This document shows, one piece after another, positions 8,273 to 17,646 of a stretch of DNA of 21,861 nt. The notes under the pieces are model-generated. The model was not told where the DNA came from. It saw nothing but the letters and a program-made list of their open reading frames with translations, and made no database searches. This DNA comes from a virus. Its lineage: Duplodnaviria; Heunggongvirae; Uroviricota; Caudoviricetes. The number at the start of each line of letters is the position of its first letter. Position 1 is the first letter of the stretch. Location: IMG/VR virus record IMGVR_UViG_2579778633_000005, positions 1 to 21,861 of that record, one strand, 5' to 3'. Both the position numbers and the translations under genes were made by a program.

Positions 8273-9567
8273 TAATCACCCCATAGTGAAGAAAAGTTAC
8301 TGCCAGTAGTAGATTGTTGCCCTGGCATATTCTGAACCGGCTCCTGATAATCAAACTGTTTTTTAACAGTGCTCAACTTGCTTTCAAGCTGATTTCTAAT
8401 CTTTCCGATAGAGTCACGAAAAGCCTTTTCACTCATTTTGGGGCTTAGGGCACCAACCGCATCGGATAATTTTTTACCCTCAGCATCTGAAAGAGCGCCC
8501 ATACCCTTCAGGGACTGCACCATAGGAAGGAATGTTTGAGCTTTAAAGGTGTCGAGCCTTGCTTCAAAGTTAGCCGCATCAGAGCCAGGAACTGTCGGAA
8601 ACGCTGAGCGAATTCCTACTGCTTTTGAAAGGCCGGGGCTTTGCTCTATCTCGTTGAGAGAATCAAGCGCGGTGCTGAACGTATCAACTGCCCCCTGAGC
8701 GGCGGCCTGCCTGTCAGCGCGGGCTATGTCAGCCTTTTGCCGAACATCTGCCTGTTTCTGTTTTAGCTCTTCAAGCTTTAACTGATTGCTTTCTCTGGCT
8801 ATCTGTCTGTCCAGAGCCTTTTCTTGTAATTCTGCTCTTTGTATTTCGCGGGAAAGAGCAGCATTCTGTGCGCTGATGTTCTGTCCACGTATCTGGATGT
8901 CCTGACCACGCGCTGTTAGTGCTTCTCCAGCCTGATTGCTGCGGATTGTCTCTGCCAGCCTGCCTCGGTCAATTTCACGACCAGCCATCTTGTCCTGAAC
9001 ATTGAAGTAGTCAATCGGGCCAAGAGCAGCCATTCCAAGGTGATCAACAAACTCACCAAATCCTGAAGGATTCTGCTGATACATCTGAGCAACACTGTTA
9101 GGGTCAACACCGACGCGAGTCAGTTCCTTGGCGTTGTTTTGCAGCCATGATTGCATTGCTTCTGGAGACGATGACGCAAGGCGTGCGCCAGCCGCTAAGG
9201 TGCCGATAGAATTACGCTGATCTTCATCAATGAATCCCATGCCTTTACGAACGGATTCAATCTGGTCTGGATATTGAGTAGCCAACTGACGCAAAGCACC
9301 GCGATCACCAGACGCATAAGCATTAGCGTACGCCTGCTGAAATTCTTTCTGCCGCTGAGCCTGCTTTTCCTGCTGAAAAACACCCGCAATACCAGAAAGA
9401 CCTTGCAAAGCTGTCAGCCCAACATTGTTAGCGCCTGAACGCTCAATATCATTGTTCTGCCTGATAAGCTGAAGCGTGTTGCCGATGTCATTTACGCTCG
9501 GAGCGTTTGAGTTGACGCCGCCGATACCAGCCAACAATCCGCCATTTGATCCTTGCCAAGTAGCCAT
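8272..9567 (-). CDS. Injection (ejection) protein, P22 gp20 family (431 aa)
   Basis: Synteny between the gp7 and gp16 homologues; N-terminus MATWQGSNGGLLAGIGG is glycine-rich as in gp20-family proteins. Confidence 0.65.
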   Translation of the reverse strand: MATWQGSNGGLLAGIGGVNSNAPSVNDIGNTLQLIRQNNDIERSGANNVGLTALQGLSGIAGVFQQEKQAQRQKEFQQAYANAYASGDRGALRQLATQYPDQIESVRKGMGFIDEDQRNSIGTLAAGARLASSSPEAMQSWLQNNAKELTRVGVDPNSVAQMYQQNPSGFGEFVDHLGMAALGPIDYFNVQDKMAGREIDRGRLAETIRSNQAGEALTARGQDIQIRGQNISAQNAALSREIQRAELQEKALDRQIARESNQLKLEELKQKQADVRQKADIARADRQAAAQGAVDTFSTALDSLNEIEQSPGLSKAVGIRSAFPTVPGSDAANFEARLDTFKAQTFLPMVQSLKGMGALSDAEGKKLSDAVGALSPKMSEKAFRDSIGKIRNQLESKLSTVKKQFDYQEPVQNMPGQQSTTGSNFSSLWGD

Positions 9568-9576
9568 GATTACCCC

Positions 9577-10269
9577 TTAAAACAACGAGCCAAGCAATCC
9601 GATACCAGCACCAATGCCAGCGCCCCAAGGTGTTGATGTTTCCAAAAGGCTGGCAAGACCTGCACCGGCAATCGCACCGGACGTTCCGCCGCTAATTGCA
9701 GTCTGAAGACTTGATGGTTTATTGGCATTAGCAGCGGCAAGTGCTGCGCTTTGCTGTGCAATGCTGCTCATGTTGTTGGCGTACGTCTGCCCGGCGTTTG
9801 CCTGACCTTGCAGCGCACCAAGCCCAACGTTTGCCAGATTGTTGTAGTTGCTCATCTGATTTGATAACCAAGACTGACCGAGTGTCGGCGCGATCGTAGC
9901 CAGTTGATTGCTTGTGGCTGTCGAACCAAGTCCACCCGTCGCCTCCGCAGCAGCAAGACTCTGGTAACGCGCCTGCCCTGCAAGGTCTTTATACTGCTGA
10001 GAGTTGTAATACTGATTAAGTGCCTGCCCCTGACCTTCTAAACTGGAAAGGTTCTGAAGCTGGTTAACATACTGCTCCGCAAGAGGCGTGAACGGAGCAA
10101 GGTTTTTCATGATCGTCTGCCACTGCTGATTTTGCAGATCTGCAGCATACTTCTGAGCTTCTGCTGCATACTTTGCGCTTTTATCAGAACTGCCACCTTT
10201 CCCGCCTTTTTCAGGGCAATAAGGTTCCTCGCCGCGCAGTTTTCTGCCCAGCTTAAATGCATATAACAT
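9577..10269 (-). CDS. Injection (ejection) protein, P22 gp7 family (230 aa)
   Basis: MLYAFKLGRKLRGEEPYCPEKGGKGGSSDKSAKYAAEAQKYAADLQNQQ... and the Gly/Ala-rich C-terminus ...GIGLLGSLF closely match P22 gp7 as I recall it. Confidence 0.8.
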   Translation of the reverse strand: MLYAFKLGRKLRGEEPYCPEKGGKGGSSDKSAKYAAEAQKYAADLQNQQWQTIMKNLAPFTPLAEQYVNQLQNLSSLEGQGQALNQYYNSQQYKDLAGQARYQSLAAAEATGGLGSTATSNQLATIAPTLGQSWLSNQMSNYNNLANVGLGALQGQANAGQTYANNMSSIAQQSAALAAANANKPSSLQTAISGGTSGAIAGAGLASLLETSTPWGAGIGAGIGLLGSLF

Positions 10270-10271
10270 GG

Positions 10272-10727
10272 CTATCTCCTGTGATTCAGGAAGTCGATTA
10301 GTTCTTCGCGTGTGGCGCTGTAAAAAGTCACGTCATCCACGCCTTTGAAGTATTTCTTGATGGTTCCTACACGCTTAAGGCCAATCATTGCGCAGTACAT
10401 CTGCCCGTGGCGGAATTTGCGCGCAGCGAACGATGTGACGCACTGAACGGTGGTGTTAGTCAGAATGTATCGCCAGAACGCCAGCCCAATTTCCTTGCTG
10501 AAGCCGCGAATCTCTGGCAGGTACATGGCGTGGCAATCGAATGTCAGCGGCTGAATCTCCTGATAGTAAACAATGCCGCCGAACTGACCGTGCACGTTAA
10601 CCTCAAAGTAACGGCATTCAGGTTTGTAGTCGTATCCATCACCGTTGTTGCTCCCGGCGATAATGTCAGGGTGATTTCCTACGGCTTCTATCAGGTCGAT
10701 GTTTCGCGTTGGTTTGAATGTAATCAT
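10272..10727 (-). CDS. P22 gp14-position protein (151 aa), probable ejection-protein assembly factor
   Basis: Assigned by synteny between the tail needle and gp7 genes; translationally coupled (ATGA overlap with the upstream gene). No recognisable motif. Confidence 0.5.
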   Translation of the reverse strand: MITFKPTRNIDLIEAVGNHPDIIAGSNNGDGYDYKPECRYFEVNVHGQFGGIVYYQEIQPLTFDCHAMYLPEIRGFSKEIGLAFWRYILTNTTVQCVTSFAARKFRHGQMYCAMIGLKRVGTIKKYFKGVDDVTFYSATREELIDFLNHRR

Positions 10728-11428
10728 CAGTCAATCAGCCCATGTAATCTAAGTGCTGTTTCAAGCGCCAGAATACGCTGCCGCGCCTGCTCCAAACCTG
10801 TAGCGAGAGCTGCGACTTCGGATTGTGTGTACGTAGTGCCGACCGTGTATGACTGGTTAGCGTTGAATGAACCAAGAAGTGGCGTACCTGTGGCTGCAGT
10901 CCATCCGGTCTGCCTTGCTCCAACGACCTGAATTCCATCAACTGAATATGATGTTTTTACATCCAGCGGTGACGCAAGAGACTGCGATTCGGTTACGGTT
11001 TTCGATACGTAATCACTCTTAATGTCAGATACATCGCTTTCTACGTCATCCAGTCTTTGGTCAACAGTGACCAGATGCGCCTGAATATCGATAACCTCAT
11101 CCAGCAAGTAATCAACATCGCTACGCAGTACGACTATCTTCCCTTCGGCGGTTGTTAACCTGACCTCAAGGAGATTTATCGCTTTTGTGTTTGCGGTGAT
11201 TCTTGCATCGTGATCTGCCAGCTCGACGTCCTGTTCATCGTTTTTCACCTGAGCATCGTAAGCGCCCTGACCAGCCTGATTTGCCTTCCCGGCAATTGCG
11301 CCAACATCAGCACCCTGATTTATGACATACAGCATGTAAGACTGGCTGAATATATTGCGTGGCAAAATTGAAGCATCAAGGCGCGTAGCCTGAACCGCGA
11401 CAGGATTATTCAGTGATGAATCAACCAT
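10727..11428 (-). CDS. Tail needle protein, P22 gp26 family (233 aa)
   Basis: N-terminus [73 protein letters not shown] and C-terminal ...ALRLHGLID match P22 gp26 as I recall it; central coiled-coil region. Confidence 0.85.
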   Translation of the reverse strand: MVDSSLNNPVAVQATRLDASILPRNIFSQSYMLYVINQGADVGAIAGKANQAGQGAYDAQVKNDEQDVELADHDARITANTKAINLLEVRLTTAEGKIVVLRSDVDYLLDEVIDIQAHLVTVDQRLDDVESDVSDIKSDYVSKTVTESQSLASPLDVKTSYSVDGIQVVGARQTGWTAATGTPLLGSFNANQSYTVGTTYTQSEVAALATGLEQARQRILALETALRLHGLID

Positions 11429-12846
11429 TACTCAATCCTTATCTGGCAGCCTGACAGAGTGACAGGTGACTTCGTGATAACGCGCAATTTGAAGCCGACA
11501 TTTTTCCTTATTCGCCCGACACGCTTCCACAAAACACGCTTGTCGTAAACGAACGGTTCATTCTGCTCAATCATCTGCTCACGCCCGTAATTGATGCCGT
11601 CAGTGGTTGCAGAGAGGAACAGGCGGTCAGCGTACTGAGCAACACCAGTCGATGATTCAACTTCCAGATCAAAACATCTGGCGTTCTCAGCTTTGAAGAG
11701 TGGTGTAAACAACAGGTGTTCTTGCTGTAGCCCATACTGGCTGCTGATATCGAACTGCAATTTGCCGATAACCGATTCCAGCTTATCTCCGCACGTTATC
11801 TGATTGCCTTCGTAAATGAAGTCGATAGCGCGGTACACATCGTCATACAGGCCTGTTTTCAGTACACACCATTGCGGACCATTGGCGCTTGAAGATGCGT
11901 CGTACACGAGAACATGGCGCGGAAGGTGGATAATCAGCAACTCATGAGCATCAAACCGCAACGATTCCATCACGCCATCAGCCAGTTCATCAGCAGTGTA
12001 GGAGCGGAGGATTTTCTCAATGCTCGCGCTGGCGATTGGTGATACCTGACCGGAGCCGATGATGTAAACAGACGGCGCACCTGTTGCCGGATTGCTGATG
12101 AACGCATACGAATCAGCAAACGGCGTTTTGCAGTAGGTTCCGGCGATTCCTTTTTGCACCATCAACGATGGCTGGGCGACATACAAAGCGGCACCAACAG
12201 TGGTTGCACCAGTCAGGGAAAAATATTCAATCGTCGATGAACCAAAGCAGACGATGAAGTCTCGCCATGTTCCGATGCCGATGATGCCGTCAGGCTGCGA
12301 TTCTGCGCGATATTGTGCGCTGTATCGGTCAGGATGTGATTCGTCTTCAAGGTCAGTGATAAACCATGAATCAGTGCCGTCTTTTGACCACGCATAACGC
12401 CCACGTAAGCGCGTAATGTCGCGTACTGAGCCTAACTCATACTGCGTGAATCCGCTGTCTGTAGGCCAGTTTGAGACGGTTTTAACCGTGCCATCATAGC
12501 GATACTCGACCAGTTTCCCGTTAACGCCTACCGCCTGTGATGTCCGACCATGCGCCATTGATACACGACCACTTCCGGCGACGTCACCGACTTCACTTTC
12601 GCCTTTGTACAGCTTGCCACCACACACGCGATAAACAGCATTCTGCGCCATGTTGTACTCGACGCCACGCGATACGCCGTTCACATCAGAACGTTTGGCA
12701 ATGCCCGGGAATGAGCGAAGATATCCGCTGCTGTTAAGGATTTCTTTTGGTGTAGCCAACATATTCACTGGCAGATAGTCGATATAGTCGGCGTTTCGGA
12801 AGTCTTTGCCGACACCTTTCATAAGCGGAAGTTGCTGAATCGGCAT
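11428..12846 (-). CDS. Tail accessory protein, P22 gp10 family (472 aa)
   Basis: Same length as P22 gp10 and correct synteny (gp4-gp10-gp26); start overlaps the upstream stop. Confidence 0.7.
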   Translation of the reverse strand: MPIQQLPLMKGVGKDFRNADYIDYLPVNMLATPKEILNSSGYLRSFPGIAKRSDVNGVSRGVEYNMAQNAVYRVCGGKLYKGESEVGDVAGSGRVSMAHGRTSQAVGVNGKLVEYRYDGTVKTVSNWPTDSGFTQYELGSVRDITRLRGRYAWSKDGTDSWFITDLEDESHPDRYSAQYRAESQPDGIIGIGTWRDFIVCFGSSTIEYFSLTGATTVGAALYVAQPSLMVQKGIAGTYCKTPFADSYAFISNPATGAPSVYIIGSGQVSPIASASIEKILRSYTADELADGVMESLRFDAHELLIIHLPRHVLVYDASSSANGPQWCVLKTGLYDDVYRAIDFIYEGNQITCGDKLESVIGKLQFDISSQYGLQQEHLLFTPLFKAENARCFDLEVESSTGVAQYADRLFLSATTDGINYGREQMIEQNEPFVYDKRVLWKRVGRIRKNVGFKLRVITKSPVTLSGCQIRIE

Positions 12847-12905
12847 TTATTCACCTATGCGTTTGGGATATCGCCATCAATCAGAGGGAGATCGCCTGGA
12901 TAATA

Positions 12906-13337
12906 TCAGTCAGATGTAAACACGTCATATTTATTACCCTGTCCTACAGGAAAATCTCCACGTCGTCGCATTGAAGGAACAACCAGAGTGTCGGTCATCA
13001 AGGCATCATATGAGCGTTGGGCGTTACTGAGAACTTGCGGAGTTGGTTCAAGGCTGTAATCAGATAGCATTCTCAGCAATAACTGATAGCCTACTGCGTG
13101 TTTGTATTTTCTTGGAAGACCTGACTCATCATCTGGTAATGGCTGATCATCTCCAGTTGCGAAAGCGTAACCAATGTCGCCGGGGTTAATCATCCACTCG
13201 GACATCATATCTTCCAGATCATTTACACCATCTTCAATTGATTGCGGCTCAACATCAGTCAGCGATGCATTAGAAGCAATAGCAAACTTACGAAGCGCAA
13301 AAAGGACGATCTCACCCTTTGTCAGTACTGTTGCCAT
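12906..13337 (-). CDS. Tail accessory / head completion protein, P22 gp4 family (143 aa)
   Basis: N-terminus [48 protein letters not shown] aligns with P22 gp4 as I recall it ([32 protein letters not shown]...). Confidence 0.75.
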   Translation of the reverse strand: [143 protein letters not shown]

Positions 13338-13497
13338 TGTCTGCCGCCTTACGACCTCGCTTACTGGTCGGTTTCAATTCATCAACTGAGGCAACAAAGC
13401 CCAACCTTTCGAAAAACTGGAAGTCTTTTTCTGCGATAACGGCCTGTACATGCCCGGATTCGTTATCTGCGGCAAGGAATACACTCATCCGATCCAT
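13312..13497 (-). CDS. Small hypothetical protein (61 aa) between the coat and gp4 genes
   Basis: ORF begins 8 nt after the post-coat terminator and overlaps the gp4 start by 26 nt. Called on position only; P22-like phages such as Sf6 carry a small gene between coat and the gp4 homologue. Confidence 0.35.
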   Translation of the reverse strand: MDRMSVFLAADNESGHVQAVIAEKDFQFFERLGFVASVDELKPTSKRGRKAADNGNSTDKG

Positions 13498-13504
13498 ATT
13501 GTTT

Positions 13505-13534
13505 CCTTAAAACATAAAAGGGGCGTAAGCCCCT
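13505..13534 (-). terminator. Intrinsic terminator-like hairpin after the coat remnant
   Basis: Stem AGGGGC / GCCCCT with loop GTAA at 13519-13534, followed on the minus strand by TTTATGTTTT; begins 5 nt after the coat ORF stop. Confidence 0.5.
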
Positions 13535-13539
13535 TGTTA

Positions 13540-14106
13540 TTACGGATTACCGAAGAACTGACCGCCCATGTGAGGGTTAAAGCACACATATGCAGGCAGT
13601 AAGTCGAAGCGCATTTTTTGCACGTTGGCATCGCCATCTGCGTATTTATGTACGCGGATGGAGAAACCTTCATATGTTGCAACAGCAGAATCAATACTGT
13701 GCAGTTTCGGCAGTGGGATAGAGCCAAGTCCACAGAAGAACTTGTTATAGAACAGGTTTGGCTTCATTGTCTGGCTAGCAGTGCCTACTACAGATACGTC
13801 ATCGCCTGCATCTACCTGACGACTTACAGAGTTGTACTGCGGGTTTGTAGTGTCATAAATCGGAACACCAGAAAGCGTAACCGTCACATCGCCACCGCTG
13901 TCTGAATCAGCATCAGCAGTAACCGTTGCAGTGAAGCTAATTGGTGTGGCTCCGTTATACAACGCCTGTTTGGTCTGCTGTTGCAGCCAGTAGGTATTGG
14001 TGAATTTGACCTGATCACCAGCTTTCAGAAAACCTGTAACGCTGGCTTTCGCTCCGGTCAATGTTACAGTGAACTGGTACGGGGATTCATTCGGGCCAGC
14101 GCCCAT
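13540..14106 (-). pseudogene. Probable 3' remnant of the major coat protein gene (188-codon ORF), N-terminal part deleted
   Basis: Occupies the coat position just before the gp4 block but is less than half the ~425 aa of P22-like coat proteins. Its 5' end overlaps the 3' end of the truncated terS reading frame. Identity as coat is inferred from position, not from recognised sequence. Confidence 0.45.
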
Positions 14107-14405
14107 TTGCGGGTATCAACGCGAAGTCTTGCCTTTGCCACCTCGGCGGCATCTGGAATCGCAGTGTCAGCAATTTCGAATATCTCTTCGAAAATAGAAT
14201 CAGCTCGTGCCTCAGTTGCCTTCGCGTACTTGTCGCGAAAATCCTCATGCTTTGCCAACCAGCGGAAAACAGTGGACTTATCCGGCATACCAGGACGCTT
14301 ACATACTTTCAGCAAACTTTCGCCAGAAGAAAGCAACGAGCAGATATCGTCAGCCACCTCCGGCATATAATCAGAGGGGCGACCAGCTTTTGGTTCAGTC
14401 GCCAT
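14064..14405 (-). pseudogene. 5' remnant of small terminase subunit gene (113-codon ORF; frame lost after ...ARMNPR)
   Basis: MATEPKAGRPSDYMPEVADDICSLLSSGESLLKVCKRPGMPDKSTVFRWLAKHEDFRDKY... matches my recollection of the Sf6-type small terminase (~140 aa). The ORF ends early and is followed directly by a coat-like 3' segment; no terL, portal or scaffold genes are present. Confidence 0.5.
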
Positions 14406-14430
14406 ATTTATCTCACTTAATTGTCATTTC

Positions 14431-14608
14431 AGGTTGAGGACTCTTTCGCGCCTTCAATCAGTGACTGCTTCAGCAATTCGAGTGTGCCAATCGCCTCGCA
14501 TAAACTGATTTCACCATCGTAATCATGAATGACGCTTTCCAGCCGCTCGTATAGCTCTTGAGTAATTGGGAATTTCTTCTCCTTACCCAAATTGATTACG
14601 CGGCTCAC
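14431..14608 (-). CDS. Small hypothetical acidic protein (59 aa, GTG start)
   Basis: Hand-translated ORF (V/M)SRVINLGKEKKFPITQELYERLESVIHDYDGEISLCEAIGTLELLKQSLIEGAKESST, with GGAG 7 nt upstream of the GTG. Below the 60-aa cutoff of the supplied track. Immediately upstream of the terS remnant. Confidence 0.4.
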
Positions 14609-14609
14609 A

Positions 14610-14852
14610 TCATGCTCCGGTGGTGAACAGGTCTAACGCTTCCTTCGATTTACGCACCGCTTCAAATGTGCGGATCGTGATATCCGAATTAGCGCCACCT
14701 GACTGGAAGTGAATTTTGAATAGCTCAAGCTTCAGTTCGTCAGTGCCAATGAATTGAAATGCTTCTTCTGCGGCTGCGTTCTGGTTCATGACCAGTTTGT
14801 AAATCTCTAACTGGAATTTCTGTTCTTCAGTCATGGGAATAATCTCTGCCAT
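14610..14852 (-). CDS. Hypothetical protein (80 aa)
   Basis: ORF between the lysis cassette region and the terS remnant; no recognisable motif. Confidence 0.45.
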   Translation of the reverse strand: MAEIIPMTEEQKFQLEIYKLVMNQNAAAEEAFQFIGTDELKLELFKIHFQSGGANSDITIRTFEAVRKSKEALDLFTTGA

Positions 14853-15356
14853 TGTTGGCTCCGTTTATCCGTTAAAAGGGATATCAGTTAAGTTATCCCG
14901 TGTAGGGTATAAGCCATTGTCGAGACCACTCATTGAATGGCCTCTGCAATAACCGATGTCTTTCCATCAGTCCGCCACCACAAAGAATCTTTTTTGCCAT
15001 AAGGCTGGAGGTTCATCTTTCAGTGGCTGCCAGTGTTATTTCCCCACTTACTGGCTTGGGTTGCTTCGTGGTACTGCCGTAACTGGTGGTGCACAGATTT
15101 AGTTAAATCCGTTCTCGCATAATCCAGCTTTACATACCTGGATTGTGAGGGATGTAAATCACGGTTTCATTATCAAGCCCACCCGTAGATAGGCTTTGTA
15201 ATGACTGGCTCTTATCTCAACGCAGCCCCTTACCGCGCGCCAGATGCTCAACTTCAAGCATCAGCAATGAGATGTTTAATCTGGATTCACTCCAGAAGTG
15301 ATCACCACCCTGTCTACAGAGACAGATGTGAAGGATGATGAGTAAAATTATCGCTA

Positions 15357-15794
15357 TCATCGAAGGCATTGCGTCCTGATGTACTCCTGCAGGTAGTTAA
15401 CCTGCGCGGTTATCTTGTCGATTCCACTTCGGAGACGGTAATAATTGAGTTCAGCATCTGCTGTAAGTCTTGGGCTTTCTCCATCGCCCATGCTGCTGGC
15501 TCCGGCCGTTGACTTTGCACAGGTGGCGGCGACTTGCAGGCGCTTACGACCAGCAGAAACATCAGCACGGAGGCTTTCGATAGTCTCGTTAGCATCAGCA
15601 AGCTCCTTTGTGTATCTGGCGTCGAGTTCCGCTACATCACGTTGACGCTTCTGCATGTCAGCGATTGTGGATGCGGCCTTATCGCGCTGCTCTTTGTAGA
15701 TCATGGCGTTATCACGGTAATGATTAACAGCCCATGACAGGCAGACGATGATGCAGATAACCAGAGCGGAGATAATCGCGGTGACTCTGCTCAT
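15357..15794 (-). CDS. Rz: Spanin, inner-membrane subunit Rz (145 aa)
   Basis: [30 protein letters not shown]... matches the lambda Rz N-terminus; start overlaps the endolysin stop by 4 nt as in lambda. Confidence 0.85.
   Translation of the reverse strand: MSRVTAIISALVICIIVCLSWAVNHYRDNAMIYKEQRDKAASTIADMQKRQRDVAELDARYTKELADANETIESLRADVSAGRKRLQVAATCAKSTAGASSMGDGESPRLTADAELNYYRLRSGIDKITAQVNYLQEYIRTQCLR
15410..15601 (-). CDS. Rz1: Spanin, outer-membrane lipoprotein subunit Rz1 (63 aa), embedded in the +1 frame of Rz
   Basis: Out-of-frame ORF wholly inside Rz; signal peptide with lipobox LVVSAC followed by a Pro-rich stretch ([16 protein letters not shown]), the classic Rz1 architecture. Confidence 0.7.
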   Translation of the reverse strand: MLMLTRLSKASVLMFLLVVSACKSPPPVQSQRPEPAAWAMEKAQDLQQMLNSIITVSEVESTR

Positions 15795-16267
15795 ACCTCA
15801 ATCTCTCTGACCGTTCCGCCTGCTTCTTTGAATTTTGCAATCAGGCTGTCAGCCTTATGCTCGAACTGACCATAACCAGCCCCCGGAAGTGAAGCCCAGA
15901 TATTGCTGCAACGGTCGATAGCCTGACGGATATCACCGCGATCAATCATCGGCAAAGCGCCACGCTCTTTAATCTGTTGCAATGCCACAGCGTCCTGGCT
16001 TTTCGGAGAGAAGTCTTTCAGGCCAAGCTGCTTGCGGTAGGCATCCCACCAACGGGAAAGAAGCTGGTAACGTCCGGCTGCTGTTGATTTGAGTTTTGGG
16101 TTTAGCGTGACAAGTTTGCGAGGGTGATCGGAGTAATCAGTGAATAGCTCTCCGCCAACAATGACGTCATAACCATGATTTCTTGTTTTCTGACGTCCGT
16201 TATCAGTTCCCTCTGACCACGCCAGCATATCGAGGAACGCCTTACGTTGATTATTGATTTCCACCAT
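15791..16267 (-). CDS. R: Endolysin, lambda R-type lytic transglycosylase (158 aa)
   Basis: [62 protein letters not shown]... is essentially identical to lambda R as I recall it. Confidence 0.9.
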   Translation of the reverse strand: MVEINNQRKAFLDMLAWSEGTDNGRQKTRNHGYDVIVGGELFTDYSDHPRKLVTLNPKLKSTAAGRYQLLSRWWDAYRKQLGLKDFSPKSQDAVALQQIKERGALPMIDRGDIRQAIDRCSNIWASLPGAGYGQFEHKADSLIAKFKEAGGTVREIEV

Positions 16268-16574
16268 CTTCTACTCCGGCTTTTTTAGCAGCGAAGCGTT
16301 TGATAAGCGAACCAATCGAGTCAGTACCGATGTAGCCGATGAACACGCTCGTTATATAAGCGAGATTGCTACTTAGTCCGGCGAAGTCGAGAAGGTCACG
16401 AATGAACCAGGCGATAATGGCGCACATCGTTGCGTCGATTACTGTTTTTGTAAACGCACCGCCATTATATCTGCCGCGAAGGTACGCCATTGCAAACGCA
16501 AGGATTGCCCCGATGCCTTGTTCCTTTGCCGCGAGAATGGCGGCTAACAGGTCATGTTTTTCTGGCATCTTCAT
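16251..16574 (-). CDS. S: Class I holin, lambda S-type (107 aa) with dual-start motif Met1-Lys2-Met3
   Basis: [69 protein letters not shown]... is essentially identical to lambda S; 17-nt overlap with R as in lambda. Confidence 0.9.
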   Translation of the reverse strand: MKMPEKHDLLAAILAAKEQGIGAILAFAMAYLRGRYNGGAFTKTVIDATMCAIIAWFIRDLLDFAGLSSNLAYITSVFIGYIGTDSIGSLIKRFAAKKAGVEDGGNQ

Positions 16575-16801
16575 GTCTTACCCCCAATAAGGGGATTTGC
16601 TCTATTTAATTAGGAATAAGGTCGATTACTGATAGAACAAATCCAGGCTACATTTTGCGGTAACGCTGTTTGCTCGTCACAGTTTTCGCGAGGAGACCAT
16701 TAGGGATACTGTTTGCGCAGTATCCATATCAATCGCATTTAACGACCATTAATGGATGCACTCATAAATGCATCCTGTAATGGGAGCTCTTAATTAATTA
16801 G

Positions 16802-17323
16802 TTAATAAATAACCCATGTCTTATAGTTAAGAATTCCTGCAATTGTTGCTTTTGATACGCCGTACATTCTCGCCATTTCACGCTGTGACATTGATTTGCA
16901 CGCACGTATTTCTTTCACTTGCTCAGTAGTGAGTTTTGCACAATAGTGACGCTCACCACTGATTGGGTTTAGCAATCCTGACTTGCTTGCATGGACCATA
17001 TTCTGGCAGCCAGTAACCCACTCAAGATTATCTACTCTGTTGTCAGACTTGATTCCATTTATGTGGTTTACCTGCGGAAGCGAGTTTGGATTATCAATGA
17101 ATGCAGCCGCCACTAACCTGTGAATGTAATGTTTTTTAAGTGCTCCTTTGTCGCGGAGATTTACATACAAGTAACCATCACTATGATTAACAGGCTTAAG
17201 CCATCTGCCCTTCTGTAACCTTCCACGAGCATCAACTCTCGAATGAGAATAAACGCGGCCATCAGTAGTTACGGAGTATTTACCTTCATATCCTGCGATA
17301 TCTTTCGCTGTTTCGCTTAGCAT
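16802..17323 (-). CDS. HNH homing endonuclease (NUMOD4 + HNH_3 + C-terminal HTH; 173 aa)
   Basis: NUMOD4-like GYEGKYSVTTDGRVYS; HNH_3-like HRLVAAAFIDNPNSLPQVNHINGIKSDNRVDNLEWVT; C-terminal HTH-like ...SQREMARMYGVSKATIAGILNYKTW. RBS AAGGAG upstream. Inserted between lambda-like pR'/tR' sequence and lambda-like sequence upstream of S. Confidence 0.75.
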   Translation of the reverse strand: MLSETAKDIAGYEGKYSVTTDGRVYSHSRVDARGRLQKGRWLKPVNHSDGYLYVNLRDKGALKKHYIHRLVAAAFIDNPNSLPQVNHINGIKSDNRVDNLEWVTGCQNMVHASKSGLLNPISGERHYCAKLTTEQVKEIRACKSMSQREMARMYGVSKATIAGILNYKTWVIY

Positions 17324-17511
17324 AAGCTACTCCTTGTATTTATTTTTAATCGACAACAACTTCTTGCCACCCACTTTCACGAAGCCAGCCATTGCGCTGG
17401 TTTTCTTTTATGCAAAGCACACCGCACCGTAGCCACAGCGGATAAGGTGATTATTTTTGTCTGTCTGGTATTTGGTTTGATGTGCTTTCAGAAAGGTCGT
17501 GATTAAAACGC

Positions 17512-17542
17512 AAAAAGCCCCGAGCTATTAACTCAGGGCTTT
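17512..17542 (-). terminator. tR'-like intrinsic terminator downstream of pR'
   Basis: Minus-strand RNA AAAGCCCTGAG-TTAATAGCT-CGGGGCTTTTTGCGTTTT: GC-rich stem followed by T-runs, roughly 30-60 nt downstream of the predicted pR' start. Confidence 0.5.
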
Positions 17543-17568
17543 ATTTAACGAGTGCATTTATCCATCGT

Positions 17569-17604
17569 TGAGTCAAATTTACCCAACTTTATTCAAAAAG
17601 TCAA
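17569..17604 (-). promoter_or_regulatory. Late promoter pR' with overlapping qut region (lambda-like)
   Basis: Minus-strand TTGACT-TTTTGAATAAAGTTGGG-TAAATT-TGACTCAACGATGG closely matches lambda pR'/qut (TTGACTTATTGAATAAAATTGGGTAAATTTGACTCAACGATGG) as I recall it; lies downstream of Q. Confidence 0.65.
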
Positions 17605-17646
17605 TATTATGCCGTTAATATGTTGCCATCCGTGGCAATCATGCTG

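Noticed and set aside
14853-15356. Possible phage-encoded tRNA in the ORF-free stretch
   Set aside because: No GTTCGA/TTCGAAT-type T-loop with matching acceptor stem was found on either strand.
15211-15369. 52-codon minus-strand ORF overlapping the 3' end of Rz
   Set aside because: No convincing RBS, overlaps Rz out of frame, and no recognisable family; mentioned in a finding but not called as a gene.
15375-15390. CCTGCAGG 8-mer resembling part of the att core
   Set aside because: Only 8 bp match, lying inside the Rz coding sequence; consistent with chance.
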